In this document: one piece after another, positions 7,683 through 15,826 of the stretch
How the letters are laid out: the number at the start of each line of letters is the position of its first letter
How positions within the stretch are numbered: position 1 is the first letter of the stretch
Virus record (IMG/VR): IMGVR_UViG_3300032144_000021
Span: 1 to 45,936 of that record
DNA length: 45,936 nucleotides
From: a virus
Strand: one strand, 5' to 3'
Translations under genes and position numbers: made by a program
The notes under the pieces: generated by a model
Databases searched by the model: none
What the model was told of the DNA's origin: nothing
The model's input: the letters and a program-made list of their open reading frames with translations, nothing else

Positions 7683-9529
7683 TACGACAGGTCGGTGCCG
7701 ACCACGAACGCCTGCGGGTAGCGCAGCAGCGTGTCGACCATCCACATCGCGCGGATGCCGACCTGTGCCGTATTGAAGCGGGTGCCGCCGTTGTCGGTGG
7801 CCAGCTCCAGCACGCCCCAGTCACCGATCACCAGTTCGTCCCACGAACCGAAGATGATGTTCGCGGAAGCCAGCTGCTCGCTCGACATGGCGCGGAAGCC
7901 CACCAGGTTGCCGTCCAGCAGGTTGCCTTCCCACAGCGGGGAGTCAGTGCTGGTGAACCGCTGGCGCTGCATCGCAATCGACGCGCCAGCGATGTTGGTC
8001 ACCCAGCCCGGGTTTCCACGGATGGCGTTCACAGCGCCAGCAGCAACCGGGAACGCCAGCGCCTTCGCGTAGCTGAACGTGCTCGCGCTCTGGCCGGACG
8101 TGATGCCGGTGGTGTTCTTGATGCCCAGCGGCTGGGCGCCGCCCGTTCCGTTGATCGCCGCATTGTCCACGCCGTCGATCGCGATCACCGCGGCCAGGTC
8201 GGCCATGATGAACTGTTCCGCCGAGGGCGAGGCCTGGCGCAGCAGCTGCTCGCTGACGTCCGTCACGCAGATCGCTGTCTTCGGGGTCATCGACAGCTGG
8301 CCCAGCGCCTGATCGCCCGCCGTGACTGACGTGCCTTCGCCGGCCTGCCAGGTCACCGACTGTTTGCCGGTCTGGCGTGCGAACGTCACGTTCCCCACGA
8401 GGCCCGACAGCTGCCGCGCGCCCATGTTCATGACCACCGAGCGATTGCGCAGGATGTCGATGAAGCCCATGTTCGTCACGTTGACCATGTACCCGCCCTT
8501 GGCTCCGGGCGTGGTGGCCATGGCGCGCTGCATGGTTGCAGCGTCCACCGGGCGCACCAGCACCTCGCCGGGCACGAAAATGCTGCCCGTGTCGCCGCGG
8601 TTGAGCTTCTGCGCGACACCCCGGGAGCACTCCAGCTCGAAAGCAGCCGCTTCCAGGTTCTGGTTCGTGGGGAACTTCAGCGCGCGGATGACGCGGATCA
8701 TGCTGTAGCGGTTCGTTTCGTTGCGCGACAGGCCGAGCTCGGACGCCTCGGTCGGCTTCGCCTTGCCGCGCTCCTCCACGACCGCCAGGATCTGCGTCGC
8801 CACGGAATCCTTACCCTGCAGGGGCGTGCCGTCCATGATCCAGCGCGCTTCCACGCGAGAGTCGATTTTGTTTGCGGCGCACAGCGCGATGATCGCCTCG
8901 CGGCGTTCACGCTCGGCGTCAACTGCATTGATCTTCTCGGCGCCTTCACCTGCGCCACGATTTTCGGTCGTCATGATTACTCCTGTGGCGGGTTTCGCCG
9001 TTGTGGTCTCCGAAACGGAAGAGGCCCGCACTTCGCGGGCCTCTGGTTCAACTTGCTGGGGGGCCGGTTCGTCCGGCGGGTGCGGGTCTGGTTCGACAGA
9101 CGCCGAGCGTCCGACGCCGACCGAGTCATCCGCTGGCACGGGCACCAGGCTCGCCTCGAATGGCTCCCAGTCGATGACGCGATACGTGTCCACGTCACCC
9201 TTCGAGGAATCCAGGCGCAGCTCGAGCACGCGGTAGCCGACGGACGTGTTCACCAGAATGCCGTCGTCGACGTCTTGCAGGGCGTCATTCGCGGCCGCCT
9301 TGCGCCCGAACCGCACGCCGGCGATGCCGCGCTTCTTCTCGAGCGATGCCGACTCGACGATGCCGACCTGCTGGCGCATGTCGTGGTTCAGCAGCAGCGG
9401 CGCGCGGCCGCTCTGCATGAATCCCATGCGGACCGACCCGGGCGAATGGTCGAGAATTTCATTCCCGAACCAGCGCTCGACCGCCTTCTCGCTGGAGAAC
9501 GACAGTTCCCTGACGCGTGAATCAGCCAT
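7682..9529 (-). CDS. Prohead protease (HK97 / S78-type) fused to an HK97-fold major capsid protein, 615 aa
   Basis: The N-terminal ~130 aa resemble HK97-family prohead proteases (LLLNHD...GIVES...GVRFG...TSVGY). The C-terminal ~300 aa resemble HK97-type capsid proteins (GGYMVNVTNMGFIDILRNRSV...AINGTGGAQPLGI). It is a single open frame. Confidence 0.8.
   Translation of the reverse strand: MADSRVRELSFSSEKAVERWFGNEILDHSPGSVRMGFMQSGRAPLLLNHDMRQQVGIVESASLEKKRGIAGVRFGRKAAANDALQDVDDGILVNTSVGYRVLELRLDSSKGDVDTYRVIDWEPFEASLVPVPADDSVGVGRSASVEPDPHPPDEPAPQQVEPEAREVRASSVSETTTAKPATGVIMTTENRGAGEGAEKINAVDAERERREAIIALCAANKIDSRVEARWIMDGTPLQGKDSVATQILAVVEERGKAKPTEASELGLSRNETNRYSMIRVIRALKFPTNQNLEAAAFELECSRGVAQKLNRGDTGSIFVPGEVLVRPVDAATMQRAMATTPGAKGGYMVNVTNMGFIDILRNRSVVMNMGARQLSGLVGNVTFARQTGKQSVTWQAGEGTSVTAGDQALGQLSMTPKTAICVTDVSEQLLRQASPSAEQFIMADLAAVIAIDGVDNAAINGTGGAQPLGIKNTTGITSGQSASTFSYAKALAFPVAAGAVNAIRGNPGWVTNIAGASIAMQRQRFTSTDSPLWEGNLLDGNLVGFRAMSSEQLASANIIFGSWDELVIGDWGVLELATDNGGTRFNTAQVGIRAMWMVDTLLRYPQAFVVGTDLS
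8972..8984 (-). promoter_or_regulatory. In-frame internal translation start (AGGAG-N5-ATG) inside the protease-capsid gene
   Basis: The minus strand reads ACAGGAGTAATCATG. The ATG at 8974 is codon 186 (MTTENRGAGEGAEKINAV...) and would yield a 430-aa scaffold/delta-domain plus capsid product. Confidence 0.4.
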
Positions 9530-9728
9530 TGCCTCCCTCCCGCGTGATGATCACGCCGTTCGTGGTCAGGCAGCAGTCGCGGCGCTGGAACTCCGCGCCG
9601 TGCTTGTCCCTGAATTCTTCGGCCTTTTCCTTCGTGACGCCGGAAAGCTTCAGCTGTCGGCCGCCAGGGAAGGTCAGCACGCCGCGCTGCTGTGCCTCGT
9701 CATAGTCGAGGGCAATTTCCTGATTCAT
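9522..9728 (-). CDS. Hypothetical protein, 68 aa, between portal and protease-capsid genes
   Basis: ATGA overlap with the portal stop, and an 8-nt overlap with the protease-capsid start. Confidence 0.5.
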   Translation of the reverse strand: MNQEIALDYDEAQQRGVLTFPGGRQLKLSGVTKEKAEEFRDKHGAEFQRRDCCLTTNGVIITREGGNG

Positions 9729-11359
9729 GTTGACCTCTGCAGTTGAACAACTCGACCGCGCGCCGGTTCGGTCTTCGCCTCGCCTTCCGGCGGATCGTCT
9801 GTCTTGCCTTCCGGCGAATCATCTGTTTTGCCATCAGCACCGTTCGGAGGCGGATCATCCGGCTGGGCGTCCTTCATGTAGAACTCCGGCGACGTCTCGA
9901 ACACCAGGTCCTTGTCGTCCATCTGCTTCAGCTCGCGCTCGCGCGTCGACAGCACGTCTTCGATGTCCTGGCCGTTGGCGGTCTGGCTGACGACCTCGGT
10001 CACCGTGGTCAGGCCCGCCTTGATGGCCTTTATGTAGGCGTCGACTTCCTTCGTCGGGTCGACCCAGCTCCAGCCGCGCGGCTTGAACAGCACCGCCTCG
10101 AACTTGCGCGGGTCGATCGCGAACTGCGCCACCGGAATGCTCCGGATCGCGCCGGCGAGCACTGCAGCCTGCAGCCAGGCACGGTGCACGCGCATCCGGA
10201 AGTCACAAACGAACCATGACTGATAGAACCGCCAAAGGTCCCGGTCTTCCAGCAGGCTCAGGCGCGAGCTGCTGTAGTTGCTCTGGGAGTAGTCGCGCGA
10301 AATCGACTCGTAACTGACGCCGACGCCGGCGGCGACTTCCCGCAGCATGTACCGCATGAACGGGTCCAGTGCCGGGTTCGGCGCTGTGACCTGCGGGACG
10401 TTCATCTTTTCGCCCGGGTTCAGGCGCTTGGCGACGCCCGGCTCGACGGACATTTCCGCGCTGCCATCGGTCTGCTTTTCCCCGAACGACTCGACGCCTT
10501 CCGTCGTCTCGATGGTCCACGGGGTTGACGCCTGCGCGCGCGCCCGGACGATCTCGGCCTCGCTGTAGCCGTCCATGTCGTTCAGCCGGCGCGCGGCCGC
10601 GTGCAGCCACGGCTCCCCGCGTGTCTGTGGCCAGCGGTCGATGACGGCAAGGTGGATGATGAATTCGGCCGGCACGCGCTCGACGCGGTCCGTCTTGTTC
10701 GCCCCGAACCGGAATTCGTTCGGGTGGCGCTCCCGGATCCAGTACGCGACCGGCCGATGGAATGAATCCACCTCGACACCGAGGCGGGTCTGGTTCCCTT
10801 CCTGCGGCGCGGTCTGAACGTAGTCGTCCGCAATACGCTCCGCCTCGATCAGCTCGAGGCAGAACGGTACGTCGGAGGTCCCGAAGCGCCGCGGGTGGAT
10901 GCGCAGGAACACCTCGCCAGCATCGAACACCTGGCCCATCGCGGCGCGCTCCAGATGCTTGAACGAGAGGCGGCCGCCAGTGTGGCAGTTCAGCGCCTCA
11001 CTCCACTGTGACCAGGCGTCCTCAATGTCGCTATTGATGCGATCGGCCAGTGCGTCGCGTGTCGTTCGCACCTGCGCCTGCATGCCGATGCCGGAGCCGA
11101 TGACGTTGTTCACGACCGTGACGCGCGCGCGCTTCGCGTAGCTGGCATCGCGGACCAGCGCGCGGGAGCGCTGCCGCAGCATGGTCAGCGAGTCCTGCAG
11201 CTCGGCGTCCGCGCTGCCGTTCGACGTCACCCATCCGCTGGTCAAACGGGAGGCGCGCGCGCTGGCGTACATCCGCACAGCCGCGCCGGTCGGGCCTCGA
11301 TTCGCCGACGGCCGGGGCCCGAAGCCGAGTTTCTGCAGCAGCTGACGGAATGCGCCCAC
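9725..11359 (-). CDS. Portal protein, lambda (gpB) family, 544 aa
   Basis: Size and position fit. The N-terminal pattern MYASARASRLTSGWVTSNGSADAELQDSLTMLRQRSRALVRDASYAKRA is typical of lambda-family portals. The C-terminus is an acidic, Pro-rich tail. Confidence 0.85.
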   Translation of the reverse strand: MGAFRQLLQKLGFGPRPSANRGPTGAAVRMYASARASRLTSGWVTSNGSADAELQDSLTMLRQRSRALVRDASYAKRARVTVVNNVIGSGIGMQAQVRTTRDALADRINSDIEDAWSQWSEALNCHTGGRLSFKHLERAAMGQVFDAGEVFLRIHPRRFGTSDVPFCLELIEAERIADDYVQTAPQEGNQTRLGVEVDSFHRPVAYWIRERHPNEFRFGANKTDRVERVPAEFIIHLAVIDRWPQTRGEPWLHAAARRLNDMDGYSEAEIVRARAQASTPWTIETTEGVESFGEKQTDGSAEMSVEPGVAKRLNPGEKMNVPQVTAPNPALDPFMRYMLREVAAGVGVSYESISRDYSQSNYSSSRLSLLEDRDLWRFYQSWFVCDFRMRVHRAWLQAAVLAGAIRSIPVAQFAIDPRKFEAVLFKPRGWSWVDPTKEVDAYIKAIKAGLTTVTEVVSQTANGQDIEDVLSTRERELKQMDDKDLVFETSPEFYMKDAQPDDPPPNGADGKTDDSPEGKTDDPPEGEAKTEPARGRVVQLQRST

Positions 11360-11360
11360 G

Positions 11361-11894
11361 CTAGAACCTCACCTTGATGTTGCGGCCCAGCCCGTTCGTC
11401 GCGCCCTGTTCCTCGGTCTGAACCTCGGCGCGCAGCTTGTCCCGCCACTGCAAAAGCTCCTGGAGCGACCAGCGGGCGATAGATCGGCCATTGATCGTCA
11501 TGCTGGCCTGGGCGGTCGTGGCATTCCCTTCAAGGAATGCTTCGATGGCCTCCAGCGTCCTGCGCGCCCATCCGCGCGGATCCGTGCGCGTGGTCGAAGC
11601 AGGGTTCGGCAGGATCTCGATCCAGCCTTCGTCAACAGTTTCGGCGACGCCGGCAGCCGTGGCACGAATCGTCCATTTGTAACTGCCTGGCGCCTTTCCG
11701 GCCGTGGTCGCGGCGTCAACAGTGAAGGAGTGGCTGGTGCCGGACGCCGCGCCGGTCACATTGAACGCCCCGGCGGAGTTCTCGAAATACAGCACCGACG
11801 ACCAGGTCGGAGCGTCGTGGTCCTGCAGGGCCAGCAGCAGGCGCAGCGTGTCGCCGGCGCGCAACTGCTCGGGGACCTTCGACAGAATGCTCAC
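11361..11894 (-). CDS. gpW-like head-tail joining protein with an extra N-terminal beta-rich domain, 177 aa
   Basis: Occupies the lambda W position between terL and portal. The C-terminal ~70 aa (ARRTLEAIEAFLEGNATTAQASMTINGRSIARWSLQELLQWRDKLRAEV) parallel lambda gpW ([43 protein letters not shown]). Confidence 0.5.
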   Translation of the reverse strand: MSILSKVPEQLRAGDTLRLLLALQDHDAPTWSSVLYFENSAGAFNVTGAASGTSHSFTVDAATTAGKAPGSYKWTIRATAAGVAETVDEGWIEILPNPASTTRTDPRGWARRTLEAIEAFLEGNATTAQASMTINGRSIARWSLQELLQWRDKLRAEVQTEEQGATNGLGRNIKVRF

Positions 11895-11895
11895 G

Positions 11896-13878
11896 CTACT
11901 TTCTCCAACTGTTCACCCATGACCTGCTCACCGGTGCCGACTGTCGCCGCGGGGCGTCGAACTCCGGCGCCTTTCCGCTGTCTGGCGCTGAACCTGGAGC
12001 TGCCATTGCTTCCGCGCTGCTGATTCCCGCGCGCTTCAGGCATTCCGCGCGCCGTGACAGCCAAAGCCGGTCCGGCCAGCTGGACAGCTTCAGCTTCTCG
12101 ACCAGCCATAGGACATAGACAGCCAGGTCCAGTTGCTCGTTACGCGCCCGACCCTTGCGCTTCACCCATACGAACCGCTTACCGCGGGCCGTCTTCTGCT
12201 GCACGCGCTGCTCGGCGGTGATCTGTTCGAAGAACTCGTCATCCAGTTCGTTCGACAGGTGAATCATCGCGTCCTTCGCCCGCATCAGACCGAATAGCCG
12301 GTCCTTCGCTGCGTTGACGCCGATGTGCCACAGCTTCACGCCGCCCTTGACGATGCGGCCGCGCCAGTTCACGTCCACAGAGACAGCGCTGCCAACGATC
12401 GGCATGCCGGGCTTGTCGCCGCCCTTGATGGCGTGGGCCTTTCGCTGCGGCGGCCGCGACCGACAGAAGTTGTAAGCCTCGTGCGTGTAGTGGCCGCCCG
12501 TATCCACAGCGAAGGCCTCGATGCCGAGCTCGAACCCGTCTTCGTGTTCGTACTGCTGCAACAGTGCGGCGTCTAGATCGTTCCAAGCCTCGTCCATTGC
12601 CGGGTTGCACACGAGCACCATCGTGTCCACGGTCCACATCGCGCCCTTCGGGCCGATGGCGTAGACCGCGACCTCGAATCTGTCGTCCTGCACGTCGACG
12701 GCGGCCAGCAGCACCAGCGCGTCGGACGGCACGAATTTCAACGGGAAGGCCTCCGCCCTCTGCTTCAGCGTGGCCGACTCCAGCGCGATGCCGGCGTCTT
12801 CCCACGTCTTCGCCAGGCGCGTGTTCGTGAATGTCTTCAGCGGCTCGGTATCGCCGCGCCTCTTCGCGTCTTGCGCCCGGCACCATTCCTGCACCATCTG
12901 GCGCCAGGACAGCCAGCCGAGCGGGCTGTACAGCGATGACAGCAGGAAGCTGCGCGTCCGCGCTCCGGGGTTCTGTGCCACCCAGCTGCCTGCGGCCAGC
13001 ATCTGCGGTTTGGCCGATTCCGGTATCAGCGCCCTGCATTGCCTGCAGGAATAGCCGACGGTGGCCAGGAGCGGCTTGCCGTCCTTCACCTGCCACTTGA
13101 TACCGTGGGGCGACTCGTCACCTCCCCACTCCAACTCTTGAGGCTCTCCGCAGTGCGGGCACGGCACCGCGTACCGCTCGTCCGTTCCGGCAAGGCGGCG
13201 CTGCTCAATGCCGGCAGCGCCCTTCGGTTTCTTCGGGCTCGACACGAACATGCGCCGGGCCCGGCTGCCGAAGCTGTCCTGGCGAGGAATGACCAGGCCT
13301 ACCGGTTCGCCCTGGCCGTCGACATCGTCGGGCCAGTCGTCGAACTCATCGCCAAGCAGGTTCTTTGCCGACATCGAGGCCAGCGAGGCCGCCGAGTTCG
13401 CGCCACTGATCACCAACGTGCCGCCAGTGAATTCCTTCAGCAGTACCGTGTTCCCGCCGTCACGACTTTTCGTCGGCAGCTTGTCAGCCAGGAACGGGTT
13501 CGACCTGATCAGCGGAGCGACGCGCTGGCGACTGAACCGCTTGCCCGTCTCGAGCGTGGCCAGCACCACCATCATTGGCGCCGGCTCTTCGGCGATGCAC
13601 TGAGCCATGGCCAGCAGCACCGCGGTCGACTTGCCCAGCTGCGTGCCGCACTGCAGGACCGTCTCTTCGACGTCCTGGTCCGACCATGACTGCAGGATGT
13701 CCCGCAGATATGGCGTCCGCTCCAGGTTGATTAGCCCGGGCTCCGGCGCCATCTCGCGCGGCAGGAACACGCGGCCGTCTGCCCACTCGTCGAGCGGCAG
13801 CACCAGCGGTGGCTCAAGGTGCGCCGCCCAAGTGGCGCGATACCGCGGCCCCGGGTCTGGAAACTGCAGGCCTGACAT
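11896..13878 (-). CDS. terL: Terminase large subunit, lambda GpA family, 660 aa
   Basis: Walker A-like CGTQLGKST, the zinc motif VPCPHCGEPQEL...CRQCRALI, and size and position all fit GpA-type terminases. Confidence 0.9.
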   Translation of the reverse strand: MSGLQFPDPGPRYRATWAAHLEPPLVLPLDEWADGRVFLPREMAPEPGLINLERTPYLRDILQSWSDQDVEETVLQCGTQLGKSTAVLLAMAQCIAEEPAPMMVVLATLETGKRFSRQRVAPLIRSNPFLADKLPTKSRDGGNTVLLKEFTGGTLVISGANSAASLASMSAKNLLGDEFDDWPDDVDGQGEPVGLVIPRQDSFGSRARRMFVSSPKKPKGAAGIEQRRLAGTDERYAVPCPHCGEPQELEWGGDESPHGIKWQVKDGKPLLATVGYSCRQCRALIPESAKPQMLAAGSWVAQNPGARTRSFLLSSLYSPLGWLSWRQMVQEWCRAQDAKRRGDTEPLKTFTNTRLAKTWEDAGIALESATLKQRAEAFPLKFVPSDALVLLAAVDVQDDRFEVAVYAIGPKGAMWTVDTMVLVCNPAMDEAWNDLDAALLQQYEHEDGFELGIEAFAVDTGGHYTHEAYNFCRSRPPQRKAHAIKGGDKPGMPIVGSAVSVDVNWRGRIVKGGVKLWHIGVNAAKDRLFGLMRAKDAMIHLSNELDDEFFEQITAEQRVQQKTARGKRFVWVKRKGRARNEQLDLAVYVLWLVEKLKLSSWPDRLWLSRRAECLKRAGISSAEAMAAPGSAPDSGKAPEFDAPRRQSAPVSRSWVNSWRK

Positions 13879-14408
13879 CAGGCCGGCTTCTTCAGTGACG
13901 CTGCCAGCGATGCCAGCGCGGTGCGCAGTTCCGAATCGAGCAACTGACGCACGCGGCGCTCGTCCATCTCAGCCGCCAGCACCGCGGCCAGGCGGTCTGG
14001 GATGGCCAGCAGCGACTCGCGCACCATGACCGCCGTCGACGCGTTCATGGCTTCGACCTTCGCCCACTCCACCAGCTCGCCGGTGCGCCTGCGCACGTCC
14101 AGCTCGGCCAGCACTGCCTGCTGCTCTTCACGCTTCGTACGCGCCGCGGTGAATCCACGGTTCGGCGGATCCTGCGGCGGGTCGACGTGGACCGCGGCCG
14201 CCTTCCGTCCCTTCGGCTGCGGCTTGTGATGTCCGCGCGACGGGTCAAGGTCTGTTGCCCGGACCGCCCGCACCTGGGCGAGCCGCACGCGCCCGGCGTC
14301 GTCCTTTTCCAGCCGGCCCTGCCGGATCAGCTTGGCAATGTACGGCTGCGAAACTTCCTCGTGCCGTGCCGCCTCCGACTGGCTGACCCAGCCGCGCTTA
14401 CCTGCCAT
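13878..14408 (-). CDS. terS: Terminase small subunit (Nu1-like, N-terminal HTH), 176 aa
   Basis: N-terminal WVSQSEAARHEEVSQPYIAKLIRQGRL is HTH-like, and there is a coiled C-terminal half. Its stop overlaps the terL ATG. Confidence 0.65.
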   Translation of the reverse strand: MAGKRGWVSQSEAARHEEVSQPYIAKLIRQGRLEKDDAGRVRLAQVRAVRATDLDPSRGHHKPQPKGRKAAAVHVDPPQDPPNRGFTAARTKREEQQAVLAELDVRRRTGELVEWAKVEAMNASTAVMVRESLLAIPDRLAAVLAAEMDERRVRQLLDSELRTALASLAASLKKPA

Positions 14409-14558
14409 GGCTATAACTGGTTGGAAAACTCAGCCACTAACGCGAAACCGGGGGCTCAACTACCCGCATCGGCGATGCATGGAAGGACCCACTGCTTATG
14501 CTCAACCATGTATAAGCTGCCCAGTCAGCCCTCAAGCAGTCGCTGCGCATGCAGTCAC
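14409..14558 (-). other. Candidate cos / terminase recognition region
   Basis: A 150-bp non-coding gap of visibly lower GC directly upstream of terS, as in lambda. It contains repeated GCTCAAC (x2) and CAGTC(A/G)(C/G)(T/C) (x3) motifs. The cut site is not identifiable by eye. Confidence 0.3.
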
Positions 14559-15335
14559 TCACCTTGCAGTGGCCAGCGCCTGCCGCATGGCCAGCTGAAA
14601 CTCGATCGGCCATCTCATCCGTGCCACTTGGTCTGCGATCTGATGGAAGCGCAGACGCTGCCGGTATCGAGGCGCACGCACGAATAGCAGCACAGGCTTG
14701 ATGCCCACACGGACCGGACCGACCATGCCGCTGGCAGCGGTGCGCTTGTAGATGCCCGGCGCCAGGTGGCGGGTCCTTGAATTCACCGGATACGTCGAGA
14801 AGTAGAAGTACGCAGCCTTGGTCCTGCTGCGAATGCGCCTGCCCTTCGATGCAGCTGTAGCATTCTGCAGCGGGTCGCGCCTGGCCCTCACGTCAGACAG
14901 CAGCCGGTTGATCTCAGCCGTCTGCATGTTCCCATACGCATCCATGGGCGCCGCCTTGGTAGGCACTGCGTACATGTTCGCGGGCATCACGCCTGAGCGG
15001 ATCAGCAGCAGCTCGAAGGCCTTGTGCTTGCGCACCCCGCCATAGATTTCAGCGGCCAGCCACTTGATGGGCGGCGCTGACTTGAAGGCCTGATCCTTGA
15101 TCAGCACTTCTGCGGCCAGGTTTTGCTTCGTTGCTGGTCGCACCCATGTTGCGCCCTGCGTGTACGATTTCGGCCGATCAAAGACCCGGCCAATCTCCCG
15201 GGCCATCTCACCCTGCACGAACTTCGCGGTTCGTGTCAGCGAGACAGCCGTAGCGTAGGGCACCTGCTCGCGGTGCATCCTGTTTAGGTGCTGCGTGATC
15301 GCCCGCAGATCGCCGCGGACGTCGAAGCGCAGCAT
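14559..15335 (-). CDS. Hypothetical late protein, 258 aa (possible virion protein)
   Basis: Internal ATG at 15335 (MLRFDVRGDLRAITQHL...) overlaps the upstream stop (TAATG). The longer track ORF N-terminus is junk. Confidence 0.6.
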   Translation of the reverse strand: MLRFDVRGDLRAITQHLNRMHREQVPYATAVSLTRTAKFVQGEMAREIGRVFDRPKSYTQGATWVRPATKQNLAAEVLIKDQAFKSAPPIKWLAAEIYGGVRKHKAFELLLIRSGVMPANMYAVPTKAAPMDAYGNMQTAEINRLLSDVRARRDPLQNATAASKGRRIRSRTKAAYFYFSTYPVNSRTRHLAPGIYKRTAASGMVGPVRVGIKPVLLFVRAPRYRQRLRFHQIADQVARMRWPIEFQLAMRQALATAR

Positions 15336-15826
15336 TAAACCTTCTTCACGATGATTTTCTGCCGGGCGATGCGCGAGACACCGTCCAGCGTGAACGAGAA
15401 GACGAGCTCCCCTTCCTGCTCGGCGATGGCACCGGCTGAAACATCCAGCAGAATCTTGCTCGACTCCAGCACCGAGACATTCGAGCAGGTGACGCCGGAA
15501 ATGTCCGACGTCACGCTCGGGCCCGATATGGCGTTCAGTCCGTTGGTTCCCGCGGCGACCATCGTCCAGGTCACCGATCCGTCGGTAGCGATGCCGCCTA
15601 CGGCTTTCGGCCATAGCGGCTCCTTCTGGCCGGTCGTTCCTGCCACGCTGCACTGGGCGGCGAGGCCGTTGCCGATCCGCGGGCGATTGAACTCGCCGAA
15701 ACTGATCGGCTCGTCAGGCAGCCAGTACACCGCACACTTCCGCAGGAAGTTCGGAGCGATGCGCCGGGTCTCGCCCGGGTTGATCACCAGGGCCGGCTGA
15801 ATGGTGTATTCGCTGCAGTCTGTCAT
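15335..15826 (-). CDS. Hypothetical late protein, 163 aa, with fibre-adaptor-like motif
   Basis: ATGA overlap with the upstream gene. The motif GTTGQKEPLWPKAVGGIATDGSVTW resembles the SG-x-x-EP-x-WP...DG-x-V-x-W motif that I recall from phage fibre-associated proteins (memory only). Confidence 0.55.
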   Translation of the reverse strand: MTDCSEYTIQPALVINPGETRRIAPNFLRKCAVYWLPDEPISFGEFNRPRIGNGLAAQCSVAGTTGQKEPLWPKAVGGIATDGSVTWTMVAAGTNGLNAISGPSVTSDISGVTCSNVSVLESSKILLDVSAGAIAEQEGELVFSFTLDGVSRIARQKIIVKKV

